Positions 52,838-63,257 of a stretch of DNA of 63,257 nt are shown here, piece after piece. Location of the stretch: assembly GCA_026025795.1 (NCBI GenBank), contig JAPEUG010000058.1, positions 1 to 63,257 of the forward strand, read 5' to 3'. Made by a program: the position numbers and the translations under genes. The stretch comes from Thelocarpon superellum (lineage: Eukaryota). How positions within the stretch are numbered: position 1 is the stretch's first letter; each line of letters starts with the position of its first letter. The notes beneath the pieces were generated by a model. The model saw only the letters and a list, made by a program, of their open reading frames with translations, did no database searches and was not told where the DNA came from.

Positions 52838-54943
52838 ATGCCTCAGGCCGCGTCATGGGCCGGCACCCCGTCGGTGCGCGGCTCGTCCGAAGCCATGCGC
52901 ATGGCCTTGCTGACCTTTAGCATGATTGGCTTGCAGTGGGTCTCCCGGGGCGACGAGGAAGCGCTGCCACTGACGACATCTGACAGATTTACCTGGGGCA
53001 TCGAGATGACCTGTGCGTCCTTTCCCGTGCGACCATGGGTGATGTACGCTGACGGCGCAAAGACTGCACTCCCTACCTGCTCCAGCTCGGCCTCACGAAA
53101 AGTCGCACCTCGTTGGTATGGATCGCCGGTCCGCTCTCGGGCTTGATCATGCAACCACTGGTCGGGGTGATAGCCGATCGATCCAAGTCCAGATGGGGAC
53201 GACGAAGACCGTTCATGATTGGAGGCGCCGTCCTGGTGGGCCTTTGCTTGCTGCTCTTGGGCTGGACGGCGGAGATTGTGAGCCTCTTTGTGGGAGATCC
53301 GGCTTCGAAGAAGTCGGCCACCATCGCCCTGGCCATCTTGAGCATCTATGCTGTCGACTTTGCCATCAATGCAGGTGGGTTCCGGCTTCCATGAACATCT
53401 GCCGGCCACTCAAGCTCATCTTGTCAGTTCAATCGTGTTGTCGAAGCTTGATTGTCGACACCCTACCCATTCCGAAGCAGCAGCTGGGCTCCGCGTGGGG
53501 TAAGTCGCCATCCTCTCAGGGATGAGCACGACATTGAGCGCCTAAAGCGAGTAGGATGATTGCCATTGGCCATCTGGTCGGTTACATTGCCGGCACCGTC
53601 GATCTCCTGGCCATCTTCGGCACGACCTTGGGCGACACGCAGTTCAAGCAACTCTGTGTCATCTCCGCCTCGGCCCTCTTGTTCGCCGTGGGCGTGACGT
53701 CGTATAGCGTGGAGGAGCGAGTCTTGATCGCTGGAAGGTGAGCGGGATGCAGCGAAGAGACGGAAGCCAGGCTGACCGCGTCAGGGACTCGGATGCGCAG
53801 GCCGGTGCGGTCAAGATGTTTTTGCAGATTGTGTCGACGACGTGGAATCTACCGCCGCGGATTCGAGCCATCTGCTGGGTGCAGTTCTGGTCGTGGATCG
53901 GTTTGTCTCTCGCGCTTCACTGAATGACAGGACGAATCCTAACGATGGTAGGCTGGTTTCCCTTTCTCTTCTACAGCACGACATGGGTGGGCGAAATCTA
54001 CTTCCGATACAGTGCGCCACACGACATTCAAAAGTCCAACGACAGCCTAGGCGACATCGGTCGCGTGGGAAGTCTCTCCCTCGTGGTCTTTTCCACCATT
54101 TCTCTCCTCGGATCCATTCTCCTCCCTTGGTTCGTCACCTCCGCCGAAGACGACCGGCGTTTCACACCGCGCCCGCCACCCGGGCTTGCACCGATCGTGA
54201 CCAAGCTGGGCAAGTTCAAGCCCGACCTGCTCACGGCCTGGATGATTGCGCACCTGATCTTCTCATCGTCCATGATCTTTGCACCCTTTGTGCAATCCGT
54301 GACGTTTGCCACCATCCTCGTCGCGCTCTGTGGCATTCCCTGGGCCGTCTCCTGCTGGGCACCTTTTGCTTTCATGGGCATGGAGATCAATCGGCTCGGC
54401 GCGGGCCACGGGCCCCATGTAATAGGCAACGGCCACTCCTACCACCGTCTGTCCGACAGCCTGTCGGACACGGCACTCGAAATGACGGAGACTCATCACT
54501 CCTCGACCCCCTCGTCACCCACTGCCACCACTACCCGCGCGCACCCGCAGCAGACCCGCCCTCTCTCCCGCTCCATCTCCCAGCCACAATCTCAGTCCCA
54601 CACGCTGCACCTCACGCACGCGCCCTCATCCACCGAACCCACCTCTTCCACGGGCGAGCTAGCGGGCATCTACCTAGGCATCCTCAACCTGTTCACCACG
54701 CTACCACAGTTCGTCGGCACCTTCATCAGTACTGTCGTGTTTGCTCTGCTCGAACCCGGCGTCAGCCCCGAACTCGCGGATGGGGACGTGATTAGAGGTG
54801 GCGGTGCCGGGAGCGTTGAAGGGAACGCGGGTGCCGGTGGGCCAAAGGCGACGGGCCCGAATGCAATCGGGGTGTGTCTATTTATTGGAGCTCTGTCCAC
54901 CCTCGTGGCCGCTTATGCTTCCATGCGATTACGGAGGCTGTAG
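52838..54943 (+). CDS. SUT1: Sucrose/maltose:H+ symporter, GPH/MFS family (Sut1-like), multi-exon
   Basis: GLQFTWGIEMTYCTPYL, WIAGPLSGLIMQP, SRWGRRRPF, WSWIGWFPFLFYSTTWVGE and GIYLGILNLFTTLPQF. Confidence 0.9.
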
Positions 54944-55131
54944 TACTGCGAGGACGATGTGGAGGGCGGAGATATGCTGTATACTGTACATTATTCCCTG
55001 CTTACTGGTAGAAGTAGAGGTAGAAGCAGACACAGAAGTAGAAGAGAGGGGTAACGCGCAAGGGTGGAAGTAGGTGACGGTGCAATTGACGAGAGGGAGA
55101 CTTCATCACTCGCAGGGCTCCGTAGGGATAC

Positions 55132-56613
55132 TTAGTCGGTGATGTCGCCCAACTCAGCGAGCGCAGCAGCAGCCAGAGCACGATACGGAGCGGGATCGAA
55201 GCGCTGTCTCGTCCAACCATGGCTTCGGAGGACTGCGAGCCGTAATGTGCGATCGAGGCGCAACATGTCGGTTGTCTCTGTGCTCTCTCCCCTCCCTTTA
55301 CTCTTTTCCCCTTCATCTTCTTCTTCTCCTTGTGCTTTTCTTTCACGCTCTCCTCCTTCTGCTTTCTCCTTCTCTTTCTCCCCATCTTCGGCTCCTGTTC
55401 CCCGTGCGACGAGGTGGGGGTGATACGGACGAGTGGCGAATGGGCGACAAAGGGACCGGTGTTTCATGCCGGTATAATGCAGAAGATGAAAGGATCCGGC
55501 CGCGCCGCGGAGACATGCCCCGTCTTCATCCTGCGCCAACGACCGCCTTTCCTGCGCGGCGGATGTCGAGGCAAGCAGCACAGACAGCGCGCGTAGATGC
55601 GAGTCCAGACTCGTTCGGAGGGAGGATAGGAGGCTGTCGTAGCGAGATTGCGCGCGCGAGACGAGGAAAGCGCTGATTTCTGTTAGGGCCGTGCTTGGGT
55701 CTTCTCCCTTGTCGTCGCTCTCGTTCTCGTTCTCATGGTCGTCGTTGTTTTCGTGGGAGAATGGAGGTGGGGTTGACGGTGAAGGTGGTGAGCTTTGGGT
55801 GATTTCGGGCGTCGTGGGACTTCCTACCTCAGATGCGGCGGGAGTTGCTAGAAAAGTAGTCGGAGGATTGTTTCCTGCTACAAACTCACCCGGCGACAAC
55901 ACTTTGCGGATCCGAAGGGGCGACGGATGCGGCACTTCTTCTCTCCCCACTCTCTCCACGTCGGCGTCGTCGGCCGCCTCGCTCTTGTGAGACCCGTCTT
56001 CGCTGGTGAAGGATGGAGGACTAGAATGCGAGCTGGACGAGTCCAAGTCGGAGAACATGGCAGTTGACAACCGGAGATTCGGAGATGGAGGAGGCGTGAT
56101 GATGCCGCCGCCGTTGCCGCCGATCGGGAAGAGCGGTTTCGTAGGTTCGGGATGAAGAAGGTTCTGTGTGTCCAGTCTGTCTCCATATCTATCTTCGTCC
56201 TCGTCGTCGTCCGAAAGAGCGATCGCGTCAATGGCCCGCTCGTATTCCCCCTTGGACTGGAGAAGGAGAGCCATCTTCGTGCTGGCGAGCGGATGTAGCA
56301 CACGAGCGGTCATCTCAATGCTGGTTGCCGCGTAGATGTGGAGGTAGACTGGGTGTAGCGAGTTGATCTGTTCACAGGGTGTTAGTGGCATTTGACATGA
56401 AGTGGAACATGGAGAAATACATACCTCGTCCCCCGTAAGGTCCATCAGAAGTTGGGCACTCCGAGCCGCGCATTGCTTGTACTGGCCTGCGCCGTGCAGT
56501 TTCTTGACCCCTTCCAAGGCCACTTTCCACGCCGCTGTCAGTTGTAGAGGACGTGTCCGCGTAGTCTTCGTCAACGGGAGCCGCCCATGGTCGCCAGCAT
56601 CGTCGGAAGCCAT
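55132..56613 (-). CDS. Fungal hypothetical protein (helical N-terminus, disordered middle, GWxRxRFD C-terminal motif)
   Basis: Long ORF with likely ATG at 56613 and an in-frame intron near 56369-56425; C-terminus LRSHGWTRQRFDPAPYRALAAAALAEL. Confidence 0.7.
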   Translation of the reverse strand: MASDDAGDHGRLPLTKTTRTRPLQLTAAWKVALEGVKKLHGAGQYKQCAARSAQLLMDLTGDEVCISPCSTSCQMPLTPCEQINSLHPVYLHIYAATSIEMTARVLHPLASTKMALLLQSKGEYERAIDAIALSDDDEDEDRYGDRLDTQNLLHPEPTKPLFPIGGNGGGIITPPPSPNLRLSTAMFSDLDSSSSHSSPPSFTSEDGSHKSEAADDADVERVGREEVPHPSPLRIRKVLSPGEFVAGNNPPTTFLATPAASEVGSPTTPEITQSSPPSPSTPPPFSHENNDDHENENESDDKGEDPSTALTEISAFLVSRAQSRYDSLLSSLRTSLDSHLRALSVLLASTSAAQERRSLAQDEDGACLRGAAGSFHLLHYTGMKHRSLCRPFATRPYHPHLVARGTGAEDGEKEKEKAEGGERERKAQGEEEDEGEKSKGRGESTETTDMLRLDRTLRLAVLRSHGWTRQRFDPAPYRALAAAALAELGDITD

Positions 56614-57573
56614 GGCCGAGATGGATGGCTCTAGCTGTGGCCAGGGCCGCACCAGATACCCTACCACACCTCGATAGCAATGGACTAGCCTGTTTGCGGT
56701 CCTCAAGAGCACCGGTACGTCCTCGAGGGCACACTGCAAGAGCGTAGATGGTCGAGCGAGTCAGGAAAGAGACTAGTTGATGATGATTCCACGCCACAAA
56801 GATGAAAGTCGAGAAGATTCGAAGCAGGTAAAGACTGGAGAGCGCCAGAGACGACAACAACAACAACAGGGCTCATCGTCATGAGAGCTCGGTGAAAGAG
56901 TAAGCAACGGCGTCGCCATCCATGGTTGGGTCTGTGTGCGCGCCCGCACGTCTGTGTTATTTGTTGTTTGTGCCTTGTCGCCGCGGCACCGGCGCGGCGA
57001 CGGGCAGCCCGTGGTTTGATGAGGTCTTCCCGTCTTTCTGTTCCCGTCGCTCTCCGTTCCCGTCAGGACACTCCGTTCATTCATCTCGACGCGAGATGGA
57101 TCTCTTGGACGCATCGTTGTCTCCCTCTCGTACGCCCTCGATCCCGATCTGGTTGATGGCACGAATGCAGGGACCGATGTACGTCGATGGCTAGTCCTAC
57201 CGACTTGCCACACAAGCAATCCTCAATCTAGTTGCCTCTCTGCCCCAATGACCCAAGACCTTCAACGTCAATTCGATCTCAACCTTCCCCTCTTGTTTTG
57301 CTCAATTTCATCACGGTCTACTATTCAAGCATATGCCATTCAGCCAGGACATATGTCCGGCGCAGACGACGACGTGATGATGACAGAATCTCTACAATAG
57401 TACGCGTCCCTACGTCGCTGGATACCAAGCCGCTCCGGACCGAAGTAGATAAGAGTACTGGGTCCTGAACTCAAGCTAGGCATCATATCCCAAGCCACCG
57501 TGTCACTACTCGTCCCTCTTCTCCCTTTCCCCTCCCCCCTCCCCCCTCTCCCCCTACCTTCCAGCGTTCCTCC

Positions 57574-59738
57574 TCAGAGCTTGTTGGGAGAGGCTTGGGT
57601 CACGGGCCATTGATAACCCGCGGCGTCGCTAAACTTATATCCATACGATGAGGTAAAGTCGTCCAAGACTGCCGGACCACGGGAGCCTATCAGCATGTCA
57701 GTGGCCATCCATCCTCCGGTGCGGAGCTACACACCATAGGGATACTCCATGGGTATAATCTCCTTGTTGTCATCAAGATAATGAAGGAGAGGACTGAAGA
57801 TTCGCCAGCTGGCATCCAGCTCATCATCACGCACAAAGTTGGAGTGATCCCCCTTTAAGGCGTCGAGGATGAGCGATTCATAGGCTTCGGGAATCTTCAA
57901 GTCGGAGAAGCGGCGTCGGTACGTGAGGTCTAATTCCGTCACCACCGTCTGCATGCTCAGTCCCGGCAACTTGGAATTCATCTTGATGTAGACGCTCTCG
58001 TTCGGCTGGACCCGAATCACCAGCTCGTTGCGCGGAATGTCCTTGAAGATGCCCGACGTCACATCCTTATACTGGATGCGGATCTCCGTCTTTTGCTCGT
58101 TCAGGGCTACGCGCCGTCAGTCGTGCCAGCCTCTCCCTTTCGCTCTCATCACCCCACTCACCCTTGCCCGCCTTGAGAATAAAGGGAACGCCATCCCACC
58201 GCTCGTTCTTGATGTGCGCCACCATGGCGCAGAAGGTGGGACACCTCGAGTCCTTGGGTACCGTCTCGTCCTCCTTGTATGCCGGCTTGCTGCCGTCTAG
58301 TGACCGACCGTATTGGCCGATGATGACGTCTTTGGGCTCGATGGCCGGGATGCCTCGGAGCACGCGCACCTTCTCGTCGCGGATATCCTCCGACGAGAAA
58401 GAGATGGGCCGTTCCATGGCGAGCAGCGTCAACACCTGGAGCAGGTCTGGGTGACGGATGAGTATGAACCGCTTTCACCCTGCAAGATCACCTACGGTTC
58501 TGCATCACATCACGGATAATGCCAAACTCGTCAAAGTATCCGCCCCGGCCCTCGGTCCCAAAGGGCTCTTTGAATGTGATCTGCCTGCATGAGCTATTCG
58601 TCCATGCGCAATCGGTAGAGGGCCCCGCACCTGCACACTGTCGATGTGGTTGCGATTCCACGTTGCACCGAAGAACTCATTACCAAAGCGCAGGATCAGG
58701 ATATTTTTGACCATCTCCTTGCCCAGGTAATGATCAATGCGGAAGATCTCGTCTTCCTTCCAGTCGGGCTCCAAGGCCTTCTGCAGCTGGCGTGAACTGC
58801 CAAGATCCTTCCCAAACGGCTTTTCCACCTATGGCGCCAGTCACCGCGTTAGCCTGCTTCGCCGTCGCCACCATGGTCGCCGTGGCAGGAGAGGAAGACG
58901 GACAATGATCCGGGCAATGCCATGCTCAGGGTAGCAATTCTTCTTGAGGTGTTGCGACACCGTGATAAACACGCTCGGCGGCAGTGCCATGTAAAACACC
59001 CGGTTCTGCTCGGCCTGGCCCGACTCAATCGACTCGAGGTGTTTGCGCAACTCGACAAAGGACTCGTCTTGGTCGTACTGGCCCGAGACGTAGGTCGAGA
59101 GCTTGCAAAACTCCTCCAGCTGCTCTTCCATCTCTTTGGTCGGAGTTTTGATGTGAGATTTGACTCGCTTCAGGAATTCCTCCCGGTCCATCTTGGTTCG
59201 CGCATATCCAACGATCTTGATGTCCTTGGGGAGGAATTGATTCCGGTGCTGTCGTACCACGTCAGTCGGCCAGCTCGGTCGGGGCAGGCGTTCGGGTCAC
59301 CGGCACACGTACCAGACCAAAGAGTGCAGGGAACTAAGGAGATTGCCGTCAGCCATTACGCTCGTCATTCGGGGGTGGGCAGTCCTACCGTCTTCTTCTT
59401 GGCTAAATCCCCCGATGCTCCCAACACGACAATGACCGTGTTGTCTTTGAGTTCAATAGTACTGTGGCATAGTCGGTGCATCAGTCTTCGACTCCGACCC
59501 GATGCTGGCGCCCGCGCCCGTGCCTGCGCCTGCGCCGGATGGACCAGGCGGGCGTAGACAGTCCGCTGGTTGCCCGTGGGTCCTCATCGGAAGGCCACGG
59601 CAAAAAGCACCACGGCGCAAGGATGGATTTGGTACGACGATGCGCGGCACCAGCCTATATGATGAAGAGTGGTAGATGAATAACGGCCACTCACCCAGCA
59701 TTGGCCGGCTCCTCAGGATGGATCACGGTTTCGGCCAT
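57574..59738 (-). CDS. ZWF1: Glucose-6-phosphate 1-dehydrogenase, multi-exon
   Basis: [79 protein letters not shown]; ends ...SPNKL*. Confidence 0.97.
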
Positions 59739-62700
59739 GGTGTATGACGCCCGGGCAAATGTCCTGCGCCGCACAATGGGTCACTAAGGCCTGCCACGCA
59801 CAGTCCCGCCACTTTGCCGGTGTATTACCTGGGAAAAGAAATAGGCTTGAATCGTTCGCGACGCCGCCGACCACCCTGGGCTCACGCCAAACGAAGAGCA
59901 CGAGAACAAGAGGGATGACACCGCGTCGAGAGTGGTAGCAGTCACTCGTCGATAGCGGACAATGCCAATTGCTGATAAATGCCGTCGAAGATGGCCGTCG
60001 CAGTCGGCCGCCGCAGATGCTGCTAGATCAGGACGGGGTTGTTGACGTAGCTAGTGGTGATGAAAACCGTTGAACGGTGGACGAAGTTCTACTACGTCTT
60101 GCTTCCTAATAGCAGGGCAGAGCACCAGCGGGAGGTGGGGCTACGGTAAGGTGGGGCAGCTGTGCATGACGCCGATTACCGGTCCAGTTACCAGCACTCA
60201 TCACTCCCCGCATCGCCGCTGCCTACGGACGGGTCTCTGAGCCCCGCGGTACTTGCGTCCTCGGACTTTGAACATTCGGTAGATGACAGGACCAGTATGT
60301 CATGGATGACCCATCATTCCTACGTTTGGTCGTCGCCAGGCCCCCTGGATTCCGGACCCAAGTCCGGGCCTCAGGTCTGCTGCAGTGCAGTGCAGCGCAG
60401 GCACGGAAACCCTACGGCCCGCGAAGCTGTCGTCTCTCCCCCCAACCCCTACCCATCTCAATCTCACCAGACCAACCGATGAATGCTCGTATTCTCGCGT
60501 CGTGCATTTATCATCCACTCCCGGATATCGGGCACGTGTCGCCGGTCATCGAGTGGTGCTGCACACATGCATCGTCGCGCCAAAGTCGCTCGTAACCAGC
60601 CTTTTCCATCCGTCGCCCCAACGGACTTGTCCTCCGCTCGCCACGGCCTCGTCCGGATCTGGACTACCCGCCGGCAGGTCACATAATCACCGCAACCGCG
60701 ACCGACCTGGCAGCTGGACACCATCGCGTCCTCCCCAAATCACCGCATCCTTATGCTCCCAAGTCTGAGCCACGCGAGCGACGATCTCCGTAACGAGCAT
60801 CTGCGAAGGTACTCCCGAATTCTGGCGGAGCTGGGAAACGGCCATCTGGGATTTCTTCCTCCGACCGCTGGCCAACGCTTCCGTGCAGCGTCCACGTGGA
60901 CGGCTGACGGTGCAGTGCAGTGGACGAAGAGGAAGGACTAGCCTCCTCGCGGCGTATGACGCACAGCTGTCTCTCATCCGGTCGAGTCGGTCGGGCTTCC
61001 ACTCCTTCTACCTTCCGAAGCTACTGCACTGCTGCTAGCTGTGCGCGAGGGGTGCGACCGGCGGCGCTCCTGGTCCTTGCGCGGGACCGTAGTCTTCCTA
61101 TGTCCCACTGGTCATCATTGTTAGCGAGTTTTCTCGGTCGTGAGGGTTTAGCCCGCAACCGTTGGTAAAAGCTTGGCACACAAGTTTGCCGGAGTTGATG
61201 GGCATTAGATCGTGAACTGGTTGCCGAAGTGAAAGGTCCGGTCAACACATCGCAACTCAACGACCATCAGCTGTCGGGGAACTGCGGCAGTCACGCTCGC
61301 TGAGCATATCAAACCGCCAGGATGCCTTCAGACGCGGGCCATCGTTGTGAGTCTTACTCCAATCCCAAGCGTCGCGCTGGCCACGTCCGCCGCGCGACAT
61401 CACTTCCCTCCCTTTGTCGGCGACAAGACATGGCGAGCGGTTGCTAACCTTCACCCGGTCCAACAGTGTACGTCAAGTAAGTTGGAAATGGCTACGCTCG
61501 TGTCTCAACTCGATGGTCGGATCATTTGGCCCAGGCAGCACATCTCCTCCATTCCCCGCCAGGTGTTGTCCGTGAACGGAACTAATCAGGCTCTGTTTGC
61601 AGAGGCCGACATCTCAGCTACCAGCGCGGAAAGCGCAACACGAACCCTGGCACCAGGTATGTCATCGACGCGACGGGGCAGGGTAACGAACTTAAACGTC
61701 TAACATCTGTATAGTTTGATCAAGATTGGTGCGTAATCTACGAAGATGCTCACCTTTCATTTGAGGCACACTGACATCTCATCTCACAGAGGGCGTGGAC
61801 GATTCCCAGGGAGCGAAGTGGGTCGACCAGATAATACCGAGTAAGACACGACGACTGACGATACCCTACATAGTTTCTACCTCGGCAAGAAGGTGGCATT
61901 CGTATATCGGGCGCAGCGAGAAGTTCGTGGATCTAAGATTCGAGTCATCTGGGGCAAAATTACACGGCCACACGGTAGGTTGCCGATGATGCTGGACCAG
62001 GCCCGGCGCATGTGCTGATGAAATCCGGCATAGGCAACTCCGGCGTTGTTCGAGCACAGTTCCGACGCAACCTTCCTCCCAAGTCTTTCGGCGCTTCGGT
62101 TAGAGTGATGTTGTACCCTTCGTCAATATAGTGCGTGAGCGAGTGGGGGCAGTAAGGGGAGAGACGGTGATGGGGCGGGTGATGGGGGATGGGGGATGGG
62201 CCACGCGCGCCCCGGTGAAGAGTGAGGGCGACGAGATCATTGTACCGCACCACTACTTGCAATCCAACAGCACTTCGACGATGATCCGATACGAGGCTAC
62301 AAGACATATCGATGGCTGTTGGCGTAGCACGGACAGGTGGCATGCACGTCAACGCTCCCGCGACGATGCGCCGGATGCAATCAGGCCGGAGGTCGAGACG
62401 TCACAGGCCTGGAACCGTCTATACTTCGCCATGCGTATCCTACATGCCTACATGGAGTACATTTCCACCATCTCTGGATATCTGGCCGTTGAGCTGCTGG
62501 CGCATGAACGAGCGCTGCAGCATGACACACGATCTGGCGTACGATAGCGAGACCGCAATGCGCTCTCCCACGTGACCTCTCCTGGACACTTCGACGCTTC
62601 GGTCGGCTTCGATGTGAGAGTCGGTCGATCGGTCGGCTGAATATGGCAACGACTGCGCCACTATTATTGTATCGGTGGGGGTGTGTGCAATTGCCTTTCG

Positions 62701-63257
62701 CTTAGAGTCTTCCTACAGGACGTTGGACGTGACGGTGCTTGCCCGATGATACCAGATACGAAGTAAGCGGAGCTGCTCCAGGGAGAGTACCGTCGGCGCT
62801 CGACCGTGTCCGCGTCCACGTCCGCGTCCCGCTGTACGAGTACCCGCTGACTGCCACCTGCAAAGCCGGCCATCGACCGACGCGCATTGACGATTGGCGA
62901 CGAGCCCGGTAAGGAATACTGATGTCGGAGAATGCGCCCCTGCATGGACGCACACGAATGGAAAAGAACTGTGCGTGAAACCACGCCTGGACAGACTGCC
63001 TGCCCATGTGCCGGTGCACATGAATGACAGGCCACCTCTTCACGGGGCCTATAATGATTCGTGGATGAACGTGGCGCGCGTCCGGTCTCTGTCCAAAGTA
63101 CTTCGTCTACGCAAGTGCCACCTGTATGAGATCCTTGTAGGGAAGGGCGGCGGAGTGGCCAAGGAGGCAATACTTCCAGGGTCTTGCGGGCTAAGTGGCA
63201 GCTTTCCTTGGTTACTGTCGTCAAGGGCGAGGCGCGGCGAGGCGCGCCGAGAGCAGG

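Noticed and set aside
57374..57468. GTGATGA ... CTGA spacing resembling a C/D-box snoRNA
   Set aside because: No terminal stem or recognisable rRNA-complementary guide; it lies antisense to the G6PD 3' region and such short motifs occur by chance.
59462..59694. Unusually long (233-nt) first intron of G6PD as a snoRNA host or alternative first exon
   Set aside because: Only a degenerate ATGAGGA box, and the CTGA is the branch site. The internal ATG frame has no good donor and stops at 59453.

Overview
Gene-dense, GC-rich, intron-containing nuclear DNA of a filamentous ascomycete (Pezizomycotina-type gene content; short GT-AG introns of mostly 50-70 nt with CTRAC/CTAAC branch sites). I can support about 26 protein-coding loci. 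Most are housekeeping: CIA2, SNU114, ERG10, SmG, NTR2, a DUF3844 protein, a TPT-family transporter, a DsbA-like thioredoxin, EPT1/CPT1, RRN3, a Nak1/Kic1/POD-6 kinase, TEL2, UBA3, the complex I 49-kDa subunit, RPC40, a UBE2W-like E2, CaMK, a Sut1-like transporter and G6PD. I found no tRNA, rRNA, CRISPR array or intact transposon. The most interesting locus is invisible to the ORF track: a 3-exon secreted-protein gene at 48296-49237 (-). It reconstructs without any frameshift but has ATA where ATG is expected, plus an in-frame TAG and an in-frame TAA. All three lesions are TpA dinucleotides, so it is either a lightly RIP-mutated pseudogene or a gene rescued by A-to-I mRNA editing. It sits head-to-head with an intact, possibly Kex2-processed, Cys-rich secreted protein in a small accessory island. 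Other points are a 384-aa spliced N-terminal extension on the Nak1-like kinase, a 6-nt microexon in UBA3, a 90-bp TG...CA mini-element carrying an E-box hairpin, and a G-quadruplex motif just after the G6PD stop. All gene models were assembled by eye; no database searches were run.
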